From the NCBI GenBank assembly GCA_937139605.1, contig CAKZQG010000037.1, positions 79,487 through 143,486 on the forward strand: DNA of 64,000 nucleotides. The letters are read 5' to 3'. Numbering within the stretch: position 1 is the stretch's first letter; every line of letters starts with the position of its first letter. The notes under the pieces are model-generated. The model made no database searches. It saw only the letters and a list, made by a program, of their open reading frames with translations, and was not told the DNA's origin. This stretch comes from an uncultured bacterium. GTDB lineage: Bacteria; DRYD01. A program made the translations under genes and the position numbers. Below are positions 1 through 10,954 of the stretch, in pieces.

Positions 1-2418
1 AAACTAGTTAATATAACTAATATTAACTATGACTATATTAAAAATGTTCCTTTTGCTAATAAGGTATTTAGTAATTTAAAAGACTTATTTTTAGAGTTTG
101 TTAAAACTAGGGAAAATTTTGATTTAGCTTTAAAATTATTTTTTAATTATCTTCTTAATAAGTTAAATCTAAATGATTATAGAATTTTTAATGAAATTAA
201 AAGGGAACTAGAAGATAAAAGTATAGTGTTTTCTATTTTTATTTCTGTAAAATTAGAGCAATTTTATTTATTTAATTTTTTAATTACCTTAGATTTGATT
301 AAAATGGTTTTTAAAGATTCTAAGCATATTTTAGCTCCTTTTTTTATTAATTACATTGATTATTTATTTAGTAGTTCTTTTGAGTATTATAAAAATAGTA
401 TTTTTTATTTTTATTCTATTTTTAGTAAATTATCAAACAAAAATATTAATTATTTAGAGAATTTTTTTTATAATCTTCAAAATTTAGTGTTGGATTTAGA
501 TTTTGAGTTTTACTCTAATTATTATCACTTAAAAAATAATAAAGGGATTTTTATTAGATTTTTAAATGATTTATTTAATGAAAAATTCATATTTTATAAA
601 GGGTTTGATATTTTTTATTCAAAAATTGAGATAGAGATTTTTAAGGATCAACGAAAATTTATCCTTTTACCTAAAGATTACTTCCAAAAATTGAGTTCTG
701 ATTACGTTTTACCTAAGGAATTCAAGAACTTAGCTAATATGGATTTTAAAGACTATATTGATCTAATTAATTGGTTATTAAAAAATAGATCAAAACTAAT
801 TAGGGGTTCTGAGTTTATAAAAAATAAGCAAAAAATTCCTGAGTTAGATATCCTGTCTTATGAAAAGCTTTTTAATTCTAAAAATACTAAACGAAATATT
901 AATTTTTCTAAAGTTTTTATTATTCTTATTTCTTTATTTCTATTTTTATCTATTTTTTGGTTTTTTGTTAATAATATTAAAAATCTTGAAAAATTATTTA
1001 GTAGTAATGTTAAAAATACTACTACTACTTTAATAAGCACTACTAATAATTTGTATTCTAATATTAATTATAGCAATTACAATAATTATTTTATATATGA
1101 TCAATTGAACTCAGTTAAGATTAAGAAATTTGGAGGTAGTAGTTATGAAGAGTTTTATAACATCTATAATTTTCAAAATTATTATTATATTTTGGGGATA
1201 AGTAATTCTTTTGGTTTTGGTTCTTTTGATACTTTTATTGTTAAATTAGATTCTAATTTAAATTATATTTTCTCTTATTCTTATGGGAATTCTTTAGATA
1301 ATGTTTCTTATAAGCTTTTACCTTATTTGGATTCATTTATTTTTATTGGTTACACTTCTAATCAAGATTCTAGTTATAACGCTCATATTGTCAAAATTAA
1401 TAATGAAGGTAAAATTATTTATCAATATGTTTTAAATGACCTTTATAATTCCCAGTTTCTGGATATAGCAACATATAAAGATGATTTAAATAAAAATACT
1501 TTAAATGAGAATTTATTAGTTTTAGGGGAGTTTTATAATCAAAAAATTAATGCTTTTAATTCTTTTTTATTTTCTTGCTTGGATAATGGGAATTCTATTA
1601 AAAATGAAGTTTGTAAATTAATTTATACTCCATTTGAAAATCAATTCCTTAATATTTATTTTTTAAATAAAAATTTTATTTTGTTTGGTAATATTATTCA
1701 AAATAATGAAAATATTTCTTATTTGAAACTAACTCAAAATTTAAAATTATTGAAATCTTTTAAAATTTATTATAATTATCATATAAATTTAATAAATTCT
1801 TTTATAAAAGATAATTATATTATAGGAATTGGGGATGTATATATTGAAAATAAATTATGGCCTTTTATTGTTTTAATTGATTCTAATGATGATAAAATTT
1901 TAAAAGCATTTTTTTATAAAATTGATAACTCTATTTATCTTAAATCTGATATTGCTTTTAAGTTTATCTCTATATATTACTTTGATAATTATTATTATAT
2001 CTTATCAAGCTTATCTTTTTATAATAATAAAAAGTATTTTATTATTAAATTAGATAATGACTTTAATATTATTCAAATTAAGGAAATCAATTTAAACAAA
2101 GATGATAATTTAGGATTTGATCAAATTCAATTGAATTATATATTTAAAAATATTTTAGTTGGAAAAATTGGGTATAAAGGTAATAATTTTGATGGATTAC
2201 TTATTAAATTTTCCGATTTATCTGATATTGTTGAAAATAATTTATATAATCACGTTAATAATGGAAATGCATTTTATTTTAAAGATCTTATAGTTAAAGA
2301 AAATCTTAACATTATTTGGGATAAATTGCTTTTAGATTTAGTTGATTTTAAAGCTAAATTAACTAAGTCTGATTTTAATAGTTTAAATTCTCTATGTGAA
2401 ATCTATGATATAAAATAG
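1..2418 (+). CDS. Membrane-anchored hypothetical protein with C-terminal beta-propeller-like repeats (5' truncated by window)
   Basis: Frame is open from base 1, so the 226 start is arbitrary; one TM segment (VFIILISLFLFLSIFWFFV), Thr/Asn-rich linker, repeats like FGGSSYE...SNSFGFGSFDTFIVKLD. Confidence 0.6.
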   Translation, partial: KLVNITNINYDYIKNVPFANKVFSNLKDLFLEFVKTRENFDLALKLFFNYLLNKLNLNDYRIFNEIKRELEDKSIVFSIFISVKLEQFYLFNFLITLDLIKMVFKDSKHILAPFFINYIDYLFSSSFEYYKNSIFYFYSIFSKLSNKNINYLENFFYNLQNLVLDLDFEFYSNYYHLKNNKGIFIRFLNDLFNEKFIFYKGFDIFYSKIEIEIFKDQRKFILLPKDYFQKLSSDYVLPKEFKNLANMDFKDYIDLINWLLKNRSKLIRGSEFIKNKQKIPELDILSYEKLFNSKNTKRNINFSKVFIILISLFLFLSIFWFFVNNIKNLEKLFSSNVKNTTTTLISTTNNLYSNINYSNYNNYFIYDQLNSVKIKKFGGSSYEEFYNIYNFQNYYYILGISNSFGFGSFDTFIVKLDSNLNYIFSYSYGNSLDNVSYKLLPYLDSFIFIGYTSNQDSSYNAHIVKINNEGKIIYQYVLNDLYNSQFLDIATYKDDLNKNTLNENLLVLGEFYNQKINAFNSFLFSCLDNGNSIKNEVCKLIYTPFENQFLNIYFLNKNFILFGNIIQNNENISYLKLTQNLKLLKSFKIYYNYHINLINSFIKDNYIIGIGDVYIENKLWPFIVLIDSNDDKILKAFFYKIDNSIYLKSDIAFKFISIYYFDNYYYILSSLSFYNNKKYFIIKLDNDFNIIQIKEINLNKDDNLGFDQIQLNYIFKNILVGKIGYKGNNFDGLLIKFSDLSDIVENNLYNHVNNGNAFYFKDLIVKENLNIIWDKLLLDLVDFKAKLTKSDFNSLNSLCEIYDIK

Positions 2419-2454
2419 AAATTAATTAAAGTAAATTAGAAAGGAGTGATTTAA

Positions 2455-3819
2455 TTGAGTTTATTAAATCAAGTTGAATCGTTTTTTGATGAAGCAGCTA
2501 GTTATTTAAGCTATCCTAAGGAGTTGTTGGAACAGATAAAAGTATGTAATAGTGTTTTAAGTGTGTCATTTCCTATAAAAAGGGATAATGGGAAAATAGA
2601 GGTTATAAGTGGTTGGAGAGCTGAGCATAGTTTTCATAGATTACCTACAAAAGGTGGCATTAGGTTAAGCGAAAACGTAGATATTAGTGAGGTTATGGCT
2701 TTAGCTGCTTTAATGAGTTATAAATGTGCTATTATGGATATCCCTTTTGGCGGAGCTAAAGGTGCTATAAAAATTAATCCTAAGTTATATTCTACTTCTG
2801 AATTAGAAAGAATTATAAGGAGGTATACTTTTGAGCTTTATAGGAAGAATTTTATAGGCCCTGGGGTTGATGTTCCTGGACCTGATATGGGAACTAATGA
2901 ACAGCATATGGCTTGGATTGCTGATACTTATATGGCTATTTCTAATGATCCTATGTATTATTTTGCTTCTGTTACTGGTAAGCCGGTTAATCAAGGAGGA
3001 ATTAGAGGGAGAAAGCAAGCTACTGGACTTGGGGTTTTTTATGCTTTAAGTTATATATTCAAAGATCTAGAAAAAAAGACTATTGCTATTCAAGGATTTG
3101 GGAATGTTGGGTATCATTTGGCTTATTATTTATTTAATGAACTTAATGCTAAGATAGTTGCTATTGCTGATGTTAGGGGAACTTTATTTAATCAAAATGG
3201 AATAAATGTTAATAAGCTTTATGAATATCAACAAGAACATGGAAGCATTGAAGGGTTTAATGATGGGATTTTTTATAAAGATTCTAATAAAGTTTTAGAA
3301 GTGGATTGTGATATTTTAGTGCCTGCTGCTATTGAGAATGTTATAAATGAAAGTAATGTTAATAAGATAAAGGCTAAAGTGGTAGCAGAAGCAGCTAATG
3401 GACCTACTACTTTTAATGCTCATTTTAAACTACTTGAACTAGGTAAAATTGTTATTCCTGATATTTATCTTAATGCTGGTGGGGTTACTGTTTCTTATTT
3501 TGAGTGGCTTAAAAATCTGTCTCATGTTAGATTTGGTAGATTAGATAAGCGTCTAAGAGAACAAAATAATTTATTATTAATAAAACAAATAGAGGAATTA
3601 ACTAATAAAAAAGTAAATGAAAGGGATTTAGAGATTTTAAAGAGAGGGCCTAAGGAAGAGGATGTTGTGAAATCTGGGTTATATGATACTATGGTTTCTG
3701 CTTATGAAGAAATATTAGAATATTCTAATAAGTATAAAACTGATTTAAAGACCGCTGCTTTTATTGTCGCTATTAATAAAATCGCTATTACTTATGAACA
3801 ATTGGGGATTTTTCCATAA
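2455..3819 (+). CDS. gdhA: Glutamate dehydrogenase (Glu/Leu/Phe/Val dehydrogenase family)
   Basis: PTKGGIR, PFGGAKG, VTGKP, QGFGNVG, AEAANGP, NAGGVTVSYFEW motifs; TTG start after AAGGAGTGA. Confidence 0.95.
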   Translation: MSLLNQVESFFDEAASYLSYPKELLEQIKVCNSVLSVSFPIKRDNGKIEVISGWRAEHSFHRLPTKGGIRLSENVDISEVMALAALMSYKCAIMDIPFGGAKGAIKINPKLYSTSELERIIRRYTFELYRKNFIGPGVDVPGPDMGTNEQHMAWIADTYMAISNDPMYYFASVTGKPVNQGGIRGRKQATGLGVFYALSYIFKDLEKKTIAIQGFGNVGYHLAYYLFNELNAKIVAIADVRGTLFNQNGINVNKLYEYQQEHGSIEGFNDGIFYKDSNKVLEVDCDILVPAAIENVINESNVNKIKAKVVAEAANGPTTFNAHFKLLELGKIVIPDIYLNAGGVTVSYFEWLKNLSHVRFGRLDKRLREQNNLLLIKQIEELTNKKVNERDLEILKRGPKEEDVVKSGLYDTMVSAYEEILEYSNKYKTDLKTAAFIVAINKIAITYEQLGIFP

Positions 3820-3866
3820 TTTTATTATTTTTTTAGTTTATTAAATTTTTAAGTGGGGGTGTTTTT

Positions 3867-5459
3867 ATGAAGATTTATTTTAGTGGTATTGGTGGCATAG
3901 GTATGAGCGCTTTAGCTCAAATATCTCTAAATCAAGGATTTACAGTATTAGGTAGTGATATAAAGAAAACTTTTATTACTGATAAGCTACAAAAACTCGG
4001 TATAAAGATATTTTATGAACAAAGTGCTAATAATATTGATAGTTCTATTGATTTATTAGTATATTCTTCTTCTATAGATGAAGAGAATCCTGAGATAAAA
4101 AAAGCTAAGGAATTAGGAATAAATATTATTCATAGGTCTGATTATTTACAGGAGATTATAAAAAATCATAAGGTTATAGCTATAACTGGTAGTTCTGGCA
4201 AAACTACTACTTCTTCTTTAACTTCTTTTGGATTTAATAAAATGGAGATAAAAACTAATGGAATTATTGGGGGGTGGGTTAGAGAATGGGATTCTAATGT
4301 AATTTATTTTAACGATTCTGATATAACTGTTATAGAAGCTGACGAATCCGATGGTTCCCTTATTAATTATAATCCTGTTATTTCTGTTATTAATGATTTA
4401 TCTATTGATTTAAATATTAACTCTCCTAAGTTTAAAAATGTTCCTATTGATAACCTTAAGTATGCTTTATATGAAATTTTTTTTAATTATGTTAAAAAAA
4501 TAGTATCTAATAATGGTAAGGTTATTTTTTCGTTGGATAACAGTGTATTAGATTTTATTAAGTATTTTAATTTATGGGATTATATTAAGGATTTTTATTT
4601 TTATGGAAGTTATGAAGATTTTATTAATAATAAAGATTTTTTAAAGGACTTTAATTATAAACTTTTGTATTATCAGGATGTTGATTTTTATGTTAATAAC
4701 GGAAATCCTTATATTTCTTCTGATTTATTTTATCTTAATAATGAAGATAATCAGGTTTCAATTGATTCTTTGGGTAAATTGAGTTTAGCTACTATTGGTA
4801 AGTATAATTTATATAATTCTTTAGCTGCTGTTTGGGTTTTTATTATTTATAATCAGATGTTTAATAATTTTAATGATTTTAAAAAATTAAAAAGTAATGT
4901 TATTAAATTTATTAATGGGTTATATAATTTTTTAGGGCCTAAGAGAAGATTTGAAATTTTATATAATAATTTAATTGATATTGATGGTAATTCATCAAGA
5001 TTAGTAGTAGTAGATGATTATGCTCATAATCCTAAGAAAATTTATTCTTTGGTTTCTAATTTAGCTTTATTTTATAAAGATTATTATAAAGTAGTTATTT
5101 ATCAACCTCATAGATATACTAGAACTTTAATATTTTGGCAAGATTTAAAGTATGTTTTTAAAGATGTAGATTTATTAGTTATTTTACCTATATATACAGC
5201 AAATGAGAGTCCTATTATTGGAATCTCTTCTGAAAATTTAACTAAAGAAATTCTTAAAAATAAAGAATCCCTTAATATTGATGAAATTATTTATATTGAA
5301 AGTTATGAAGTTTTAGAAAAAACTTTGTTATCTAAGTTAAGGGTTTTAAAAGATAAAGTAATTGTATTTGTGGGGGCTGGTAGTATCACTAATTTCGCTA
5401 ATTCCTTTGCTAATAATATTAAACTTAGTTTTAATAAATCCATTTCTAATTTAAAATAA
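3867..5459 (+). CDS. murC: UDP-N-acetylmuramate--L-alanine ligase (MurC family)
   Basis: GIGGIGMSALA, GKTTT, EADESDGS, GPKRRFE, DDYAHNP, YQPHRYTRT. Confidence 0.88.
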   Translation: MKIYFSGIGGIGMSALAQISLNQGFTVLGSDIKKTFITDKLQKLGIKIFYEQSANNIDSSIDLLVYSSSIDEENPEIKKAKELGINIIHRSDYLQEIIKNHKVIAITGSSGKTTTSSLTSFGFNKMEIKTNGIIGGWVREWDSNVIYFNDSDITVIEADESDGSLINYNPVISVINDLSIDLNINSPKFKNVPIDNLKYALYEIFFNYVKKIVSNNGKVIFSLDNSVLDFIKYFNLWDYIKDFYFYGSYEDFINNKDFLKDFNYKLLYYQDVDFYVNNGNPYISSDLFYLNNEDNQVSIDSLGKLSLATIGKYNLYNSLAAVWVFIIYNQMFNNFNDFKKLKSNVIKFINGLYNFLGPKRRFEILYNNLIDIDGNSSRLVVVDDYAHNPKKIYSLVSNLALFYKDYYKVVIYQPHRYTRTLIFWQDLKYVFKDVDLLVILPIYTANESPIIGISSENLTKEILKNKESLNIDEIIYIESYEVLEKTLLSKLRVLKDKVIVFVGAGSITNFANSFANNIKLSFNKSISNLK

Positions 5460-5502
5460 AAAAATATAAACAAGATATATTAAATCAAAATTAAAATAAT
5501 AA

Positions 5503-7230
5503 ATGAGATATATTTTTATAATATTTATTTTAGGTTATAGTTGGGTATTTTTTAATTTACTTAAGATCCATTTTCTTAAGCATAATATATTTAAACAAAA
5601 ATTATATCAATTTACTACTATAACTATTTATACTCCACCTAATAGGGCCTTAATTTTAGACAGAAATTTAAAAGAGATAGCTCAAAATAAATCCGAATTA
5701 GCTATAACTATTCAAAAAACAAAGCTCCAATTACTTGATAAAACTACTAAACAAAAAATTATAAATTCTTTAAATAAATATTTTAACAATGATATCCAAA
5801 AGTTAATTTCTGAATCATATGTAGATAAAGTTATAATAAAGAAAAAACCTGATATAAATGATATTTCATTTATAACTGAAAATTTATATTATTTATATGG
5901 AGTTAATGTTGATATATTTTTTAAAAGATATTATCCTTATAAATCTGCATTGTCTTTTATAACAGGTTTTGTTAATATGCCTTCTTCTGAAGAAATTAAA
6001 AATAATTCTGAATTATTTTACTATGATTACGTAGGTAAAGATGGTTTAGAAAAAGAATATGATGATTTTTTAAGAGGAAAATTAGGATATATAAAGTATC
6101 AAATAGAGCCCGATGGAACTCCATTTAAAATCCTAGATAAGATAGAACCAATTAATAACTATACTCTTAAAACTACTATTGATGTTAATATTCAATTATT
6201 TATTTATAATGAATTAAAAAAATTGTGTGATAATTTAAGTATTAAGAATAACCAGCCAGTTGGGGGTAGTGTAGTTTTAATAAAGACTAATGGAGAAGTT
6301 TTAGCTTTAGTTAGTTATCCTTCTTATGATCCTAATACATTAGAACCTGATTATAATAATATTATAAAAAAGTATCCTAGTTTTTCTTTTTATTTAAATA
6401 GAGCAATTTCAGGGGAATATCCTCCAGCTTCTACTTTCAAAATTATTACCTCTTTAGCTGCTTTAAATGAAAATATTATAGATGATAAAACTAAAATATA
6501 TTGCCCGGGATATTTTTTTGTAGGAAATCATCCATTTTATTGTTTTAATACTTTTGGACATGGATATCTAGATATCTATTCTGCTTTGGCTTATTCTTGT
6601 GATGTATTTTATTACCAATTGGGATATAAGTTAGGGATTGATAAAATTAAGAAATATTGTGAGATCTTGGGACTATCTAAACCTACTGGTATTGATTTAC
6701 CTTATGAAGCTAATGGACTTATTCCAGATAAATCATATAAAATGAAATATTTTAATGAAGAATGGACTAAGGGGGATGATGTTAATTCTGCTATTGGGCA
6801 AGGGATGGTTTTAGTTACTCCTATACAGATGGCTGTTGCTGTTAATTCTATTGCAACTGGTTATAAAATTACCCCTTTTATTAATTATCAAAATATCTCA
6901 AAAAAAATAAAATTAAATATTAATCAAAAAAAATTAAGAATAATAAGAGAATCTATGAGGAATGCTGTTGATTTTGGAACTGCTTCGGTTGTTAAATATA
7001 AAGTAAAGAAATATGTTGTAGCTGGTAAAACAGGTACTGCTGAAGTACCGGCTAATTCTAATAACCCTAAAGGATTAAATAATACTTGGTTTGTTTGTTT
7101 TTTTGATTTTTATAAGCCTGAGTATGTTTTAGTTGTTTCTTTAGAGGGTAGTGGAGGTTATGGTGGAGAGTATGCAGCTAACTTAGCTGCTGATATTATT
7201 AATTTTATTACTACAAAATTAAACTACTAA
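5503..7230 (+). CDS. mrdA: Penicillin-binding protein 2 (class B transpeptidase)
   Basis: N-terminal anchor, RYYP, GKDGLEK, STFK, SCD, KTGT catalytic motifs. Confidence 0.88.
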   Translation: MRYIFIIFILGYSWVFFNLLKIHFLKHNIFKQKLYQFTTITIYTPPNRALILDRNLKEIAQNKSELAITIQKTKLQLLDKTTKQKIINSLNKYFNNDIQKLISESYVDKVIIKKKPDINDISFITENLYYLYGVNVDIFFKRYYPYKSALSFITGFVNMPSSEEIKNNSELFYYDYVGKDGLEKEYDDFLRGKLGYIKYQIEPDGTPFKILDKIEPINNYTLKTTIDVNIQLFIYNELKKLCDNLSIKNNQPVGGSVVLIKTNGEVLALVSYPSYDPNTLEPDYNNIIKKYPSFSFYLNRAISGEYPPASTFKIITSLAALNENIIDDKTKIYCPGYFFVGNHPFYCFNTFGHGYLDIYSALAYSCDVFYYQLGYKLGIDKIKKYCEILGLSKPTGIDLPYEANGLIPDKSYKMKYFNEEWTKGDDVNSAIGQGMVLVTPIQMAVAVNSIATGYKITPFINYQNISKKIKLNINQKKLRIIRESMRNAVDFGTASVVKYKVKKYVVAGKTGTAEVPANSNNPKGLNNTWFVCFFDFYKPEYVLVVSLEGSGGYGGEYAANLAADIINFITTKLNY

Positions 7231-7377
7231 AAAATTAAATTTATATTAAAGGAATTTATAAAAAAATTTTATTATTGTATTTTTTTATATAATTTAAAAA
7301 GGATTTTTATTATGTAAAAAGAATATCAAAGATGTAAGCTTTTATTTTTGGATAAAAAATAATTAGGAGGTGAAATT

Positions 7378-7446
7378 ATGGGTTGGTGGTGGTTAGTGTT
7401 GTTAGCTATTATATTAGTAGGATTATCTTATCCCGATACTTTCTAA
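7378..7446 (+). CDS. 22-aa small hydrophobic protein MGWWWLVLLAIILVGLSYPDTF
   Basis: Perfect AGGAGGTGA Shine-Dalgarno just upstream of ATG 7378; single TM-like stretch; not in ORF track. Confidence 0.65.
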   Translation: MGWWWLVLLAIILVGLSYPDTF

Positions 7447-7813
7447 AATATACCTAAAACTAAAAAATAATACTTTAAAAATAAATTTTTTATTAAAAAA
7501 TACTAATAATTTATCTAATAAGCTAATAAATAATTTTAATTAATTATTTTAATAAAACTTAATAAAGGTACATATCCTTTAATAATTAGGTGAGTTTTAC
7601 AAAGTAGGGTTTTTACATATAGTATTCGTATAATAGTGTTTGCTTAAGTAGGAGATATGTAGTAGTTTGAAGCTCAAGTTTCTAAAGTTGCTGTTATTCA
7701 AGCTAATAATACTTATATAAGTGAAGATAAAAATGTAATAACTAATGATAATTGTTATGTAAGGAGTATTATTAAGGTATATCGCTCTCATTTAATTAGG
7801 AGGTGTGTTTATA

Positions 7814-8392
7814 ATGTTATGTCCAAGGTGTTTAGTTAATTCTAAGGAAATTAATCTTGAGAGTACTGTTTTAGAAGGGATAGAATTAGATTTATGCTCT
7901 GAATGTGGGGGAATCTGGTTTGATAAACAAGAATTAGCTTCAGCTATATCCTTAGATAAACAAGCTATAATCAACTTCCAGGATAAGTTAGCTAACTTAA
8001 AAACTAGTGATGTTAAAAATACTGAGAATGTAGAATCTAAAGATTATTCTTTAAATTGCCCTAAATGTAATTCAGTTATGAATAAATATAAGTATATGTA
8101 TACTTCAAATATTTATATAGATTCTTGTGATAAATGTGAGGGTATCTGGATTGATAGAGGAGAATTATTAAATATAGTTAATTATTTAGAAGAAGCAAGT
8201 AAAGTAGATCCTGAAAAAGAAGCTGAAGTATTAGCTAAAATCCAGCAAATAAAAAAAGAATACGAATTAAAAGAAAAAGAATTTGTTGATAGTTTGGTTA
8301 AGATGGATGATAAAGCAAAAAATCCTATTACCAAAGGGTTAGGTGAAGTATTACAAGCTATTTACTCCTTCTTATATAAAAGAGGATTGTAA
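7814..8392 (+). CDS. Protein with two zf-TFIIB-type zinc-ribbon domains
   Basis: CPRC...DLCSECGGIWFDKQEL and CPKC...DSCDKCEGIWIDRGEL; AGGAGGTG favours ATG 7814 over GTG 7805. Confidence 0.85.
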   Translation: MLCPRCLVNSKEINLESTVLEGIELDLCSECGGIWFDKQELASAISLDKQAIINFQDKLANLKTSDVKNTENVESKDYSLNCPKCNSVMNKYKYMYTSNIYIDSCDKCEGIWIDRGELLNIVNYLEEASKVDPEKEAEVLAKIQQIKKEYELKEKEFVDSLVKMDDKAKNPITKGLGEVLQAIYSFLYKRGL

Positions 8393-8435
8393 TAGGATAT
8401 ATAATCTATAAATATTAAAAGAGGGGTTTTATAAG

Positions 8436-9335
8436 ATGGAAATTATTTTAGCTGAGAAAATGGGCTTCTGTTTTGGAGTCAAAAGAACAGTTAATGAAAC
8501 TCAAAAATTAGTTGATCAAAATTTAACTAATGCTATTACTTTTGGGCCTATTATTCATAATAACGATGTTATCTCTTATTTCAATCAAAAAGGTATAACT
8601 TATGTTAATAACTTAGAAGAATTAAAACAAAAATTAATTGAGAAGAAAATAGATACTGTTGTTGTAAGAACTCATGGAATAAGAAAAGACACATTGGAAG
8701 AAATAAAAAAACTAAATCTAAAAGTAATAAATGGTACTTGTCCTTATGTTACTAAGGTTCATAAGATAGTAGAGAAAATGTCAAAAGAAGGGTATCCTAT
8801 TCTGATTATAGGTAAGGCTGATCATCCCGAAATAATTGGAGTTACTGGATATATTGAAAATAATGTTCCATATTTTATTGTAAAAGATGAAGAAGATTTA
8901 AATCAAATTGATTTTTCTAAGATTAAAAAAATAGTTGTTGTATCCCAAACTACTGAAAAAATAGAAAAGGTTCAAAAAATTGTTTCAAAGCTTATTAGTT
9001 TTATTCCTGAAGTTAGATATTTTAAAACTATATGTTATGCTACTGACGAAAATCAGGAAGCAGTTCATAAATTAGCACCGGAAGTAGATGTTATGATAGT
9101 TATAGGTGGTAAAAATAGTTCTAATACCAAAAAATTATTTGAAATAGCTAAAAAATATTGTCAAAGAAGCTATCATATAGAAAATGAAAAAGAATTAGAT
9201 ATAAACTGGTTTAATTATAACGATAAGGTTGGGATAAGTGCTGGAGCTTCCACTCCAGATTGGGTTATCTCCAATGTTATTAATAAAATTAAAGAATTTT
9301 CTAATATACTCCAAAATAGTATAATTAAAACATAG
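8436..9335 (+). CDS. ispH: 4-hydroxy-3-methylbut-2-enyl diphosphate reductase
   Basis: GFCFGV, IIHN, TCPYV, QTT, TICYAT, SSNT, AGASTP. Confidence 0.96.
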   Translation: MEIILAEKMGFCFGVKRTVNETQKLVDQNLTNAITFGPIIHNNDVISYFNQKGITYVNNLEELKQKLIEKKIDTVVVRTHGIRKDTLEEIKKLNLKVINGTCPYVTKVHKIVEKMSKEGYPILIIGKADHPEIIGVTGYIENNVPYFIVKDEEDLNQIDFSKIKKIVVVSQTTEKIEKVQKIVSKLISFIPEVRYFKTICYATDENQEAVHKLAPEVDVMIVIGGKNSSNTKKLFEIAKKYCQRSYHIENEKELDINWFNYNDKVGISAGASTPDWVISNVINKIKEFSNILQNSIIKT

Positions 9336-9451
9336 TATAATTGAAATGTAGTTTTATTTTTTCTATAGGAATTCTAATTTAGGTATAAAATATTATAGTA
9401 AAGGAATTAGGAAATATTTTAGATATTGCTAAAAAGGGAAAGGGAAATTTT

Positions 9452-10915
9452 ATGAGAAGGCAGATAAAAAGTATTTTATTTTATAGCGTAATTCTATTTC
9501 TTATTTTTTGGATTTTTTATATAATTAATTTAATGTCAGTAAAAAGTGAAAATAATAGTGATACAAAAAGTAAGGAGAATTTAGAAGTAGATATAGGTAG
9601 GCCTGATTTTGAATTATTTAGACAAGTTATTGCTTACTCTTATAAATATTTTCCTGAAGATTTTAGTATTAAAGATAAATTAAATAAAACTTTGGATAAA
9701 GTTGAAAATGCTTTAAATTATTTGGGGTATAATATTAATGTACATTCTATAAATTCCAATAATTTAAAAGATTATCTTACTGAATTTGAAACGAAAGTTA
9801 ATGAAATTTATAATCAAATTAAAAATCAAAATGTAGACGTTTCTAAGAATTTAGCTAAAAAAAATTTAACTCAAAATCAAATTGAAGTTTATAATAATTT
9901 AAATAAATATTTAAAAAGTTATCCTGCATATTTTAAGTTTGTTTTAAATAGTTATTGTTCTACTTTGGATCCTTATACTAATTATATGGGGCCTAAGGAG
10001 TATAGAGTATTTAATGAAGGGATTAGTGGTGGAAATTTTAGTGGAATTGGAGTAGCTATGTCTTCTGTTAAAGATAAAGACGGAGAAATTATTATTATCG
10101 ATGTATTTGAAGATACTCCTGCTTATAAAGTTGGAATAAAACCGGGAGATAAAATAGTTAAGGTAGATGGAAAAGATGTTAAAGATTATTCTGTTGATAC
10201 TGTTCAATCTATGATAAGAGGACCAAAAGGTACTCCCGTTGTTTTAACTATTAGAAGAGAAAAAGAATTAATTGAATTTAAAATCATTAGAGATATTATT
10301 CATATAAAAAGTATAAAAGAAAAACTAATTAATAAAAATGGAATTGAAATAGGTTATATAAGAATAACTAGTTTTAATAAAGATACTGCTAAGGAATTTT
10401 TAGAATCTTACAATAAACTTAATAAGCCTAAAAAAATTATAATAGACTTAAGAAACAATGGAGGAGGATTATTAGATCAAGCTGTTAAAATAACTTCTTA
10501 TTTTGTGGAAAATAAAAGATTAGCTGTCTATCTTAAATCTAAGAATGGAATTGAAAGGGATTATTATACTTATTCTAATGAAAAAATTGATGCTGATGTT
10601 GTTATTTTGGTTAATAATTATACTGCAAGTGCTGCGGAAATTTTAGCACAGTCTCTTAAAGACCTTAAAAAAGATACTATTATTGTAGGAGTACCTTCTT
10701 ATGGAAAAAATAGTGTTCAAACTCTATTTAATCTTATGGATGGGGGAGTTCTTAAATTAACTATTGCTAAATATTATACTTTATCTAATAGAGATATTTC
10801 TAAGGACAATGTAAGTTTGGATTATAAAGTAGATTTTAATGATTCTAATCCCCTTGATTTTGCTAGTGATAAAGATGCTCAGTTAAATAAAGCTATAGAA
10901 TTATTATCTAATTGA
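9452..10915 (+). CDS. S41 family carboxyl-terminal processing protease with PDZ domain
   Basis: LDPYT, GIG PDZ, DLRNNGGG, TASAAE, GKNSVQ. Confidence 0.92.
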   Translation: MRRQIKSILFYSVILFLIFWIFYIINLMSVKSENNSDTKSKENLEVDIGRPDFELFRQVIAYSYKYFPEDFSIKDKLNKTLDKVENALNYLGYNINVHSINSNNLKDYLTEFETKVNEIYNQIKNQNVDVSKNLAKKNLTQNQIEVYNNLNKYLKSYPAYFKFVLNSYCSTLDPYTNYMGPKEYRVFNEGISGGNFSGIGVAMSSVKDKDGEIIIIDVFEDTPAYKVGIKPGDKIVKVDGKDVKDYSVDTVQSMIRGPKGTPVVLTIRREKELIEFKIIRDIIHIKSIKEKLINKNGIEIGYIRITSFNKDTAKEFLESYNKLNKPKKIIIDLRNNGGGLLDQAVKITSYFVENKRLAVYLKSKNGIERDYYTYSNEKIDADVVILVNNYTASAAEILAQSLKDLKKDTIIVGVPSYGKNSVQTLFNLMDGGVLKLTIAKYYTLSNRDISKDNVSLDYKVDFNDSNPLDFASDKDAQLNKAIELLSN

Positions 10916-10954
10916 TATTTATGAAATAATATTAATAGCTAGGAGGGATAAAAT

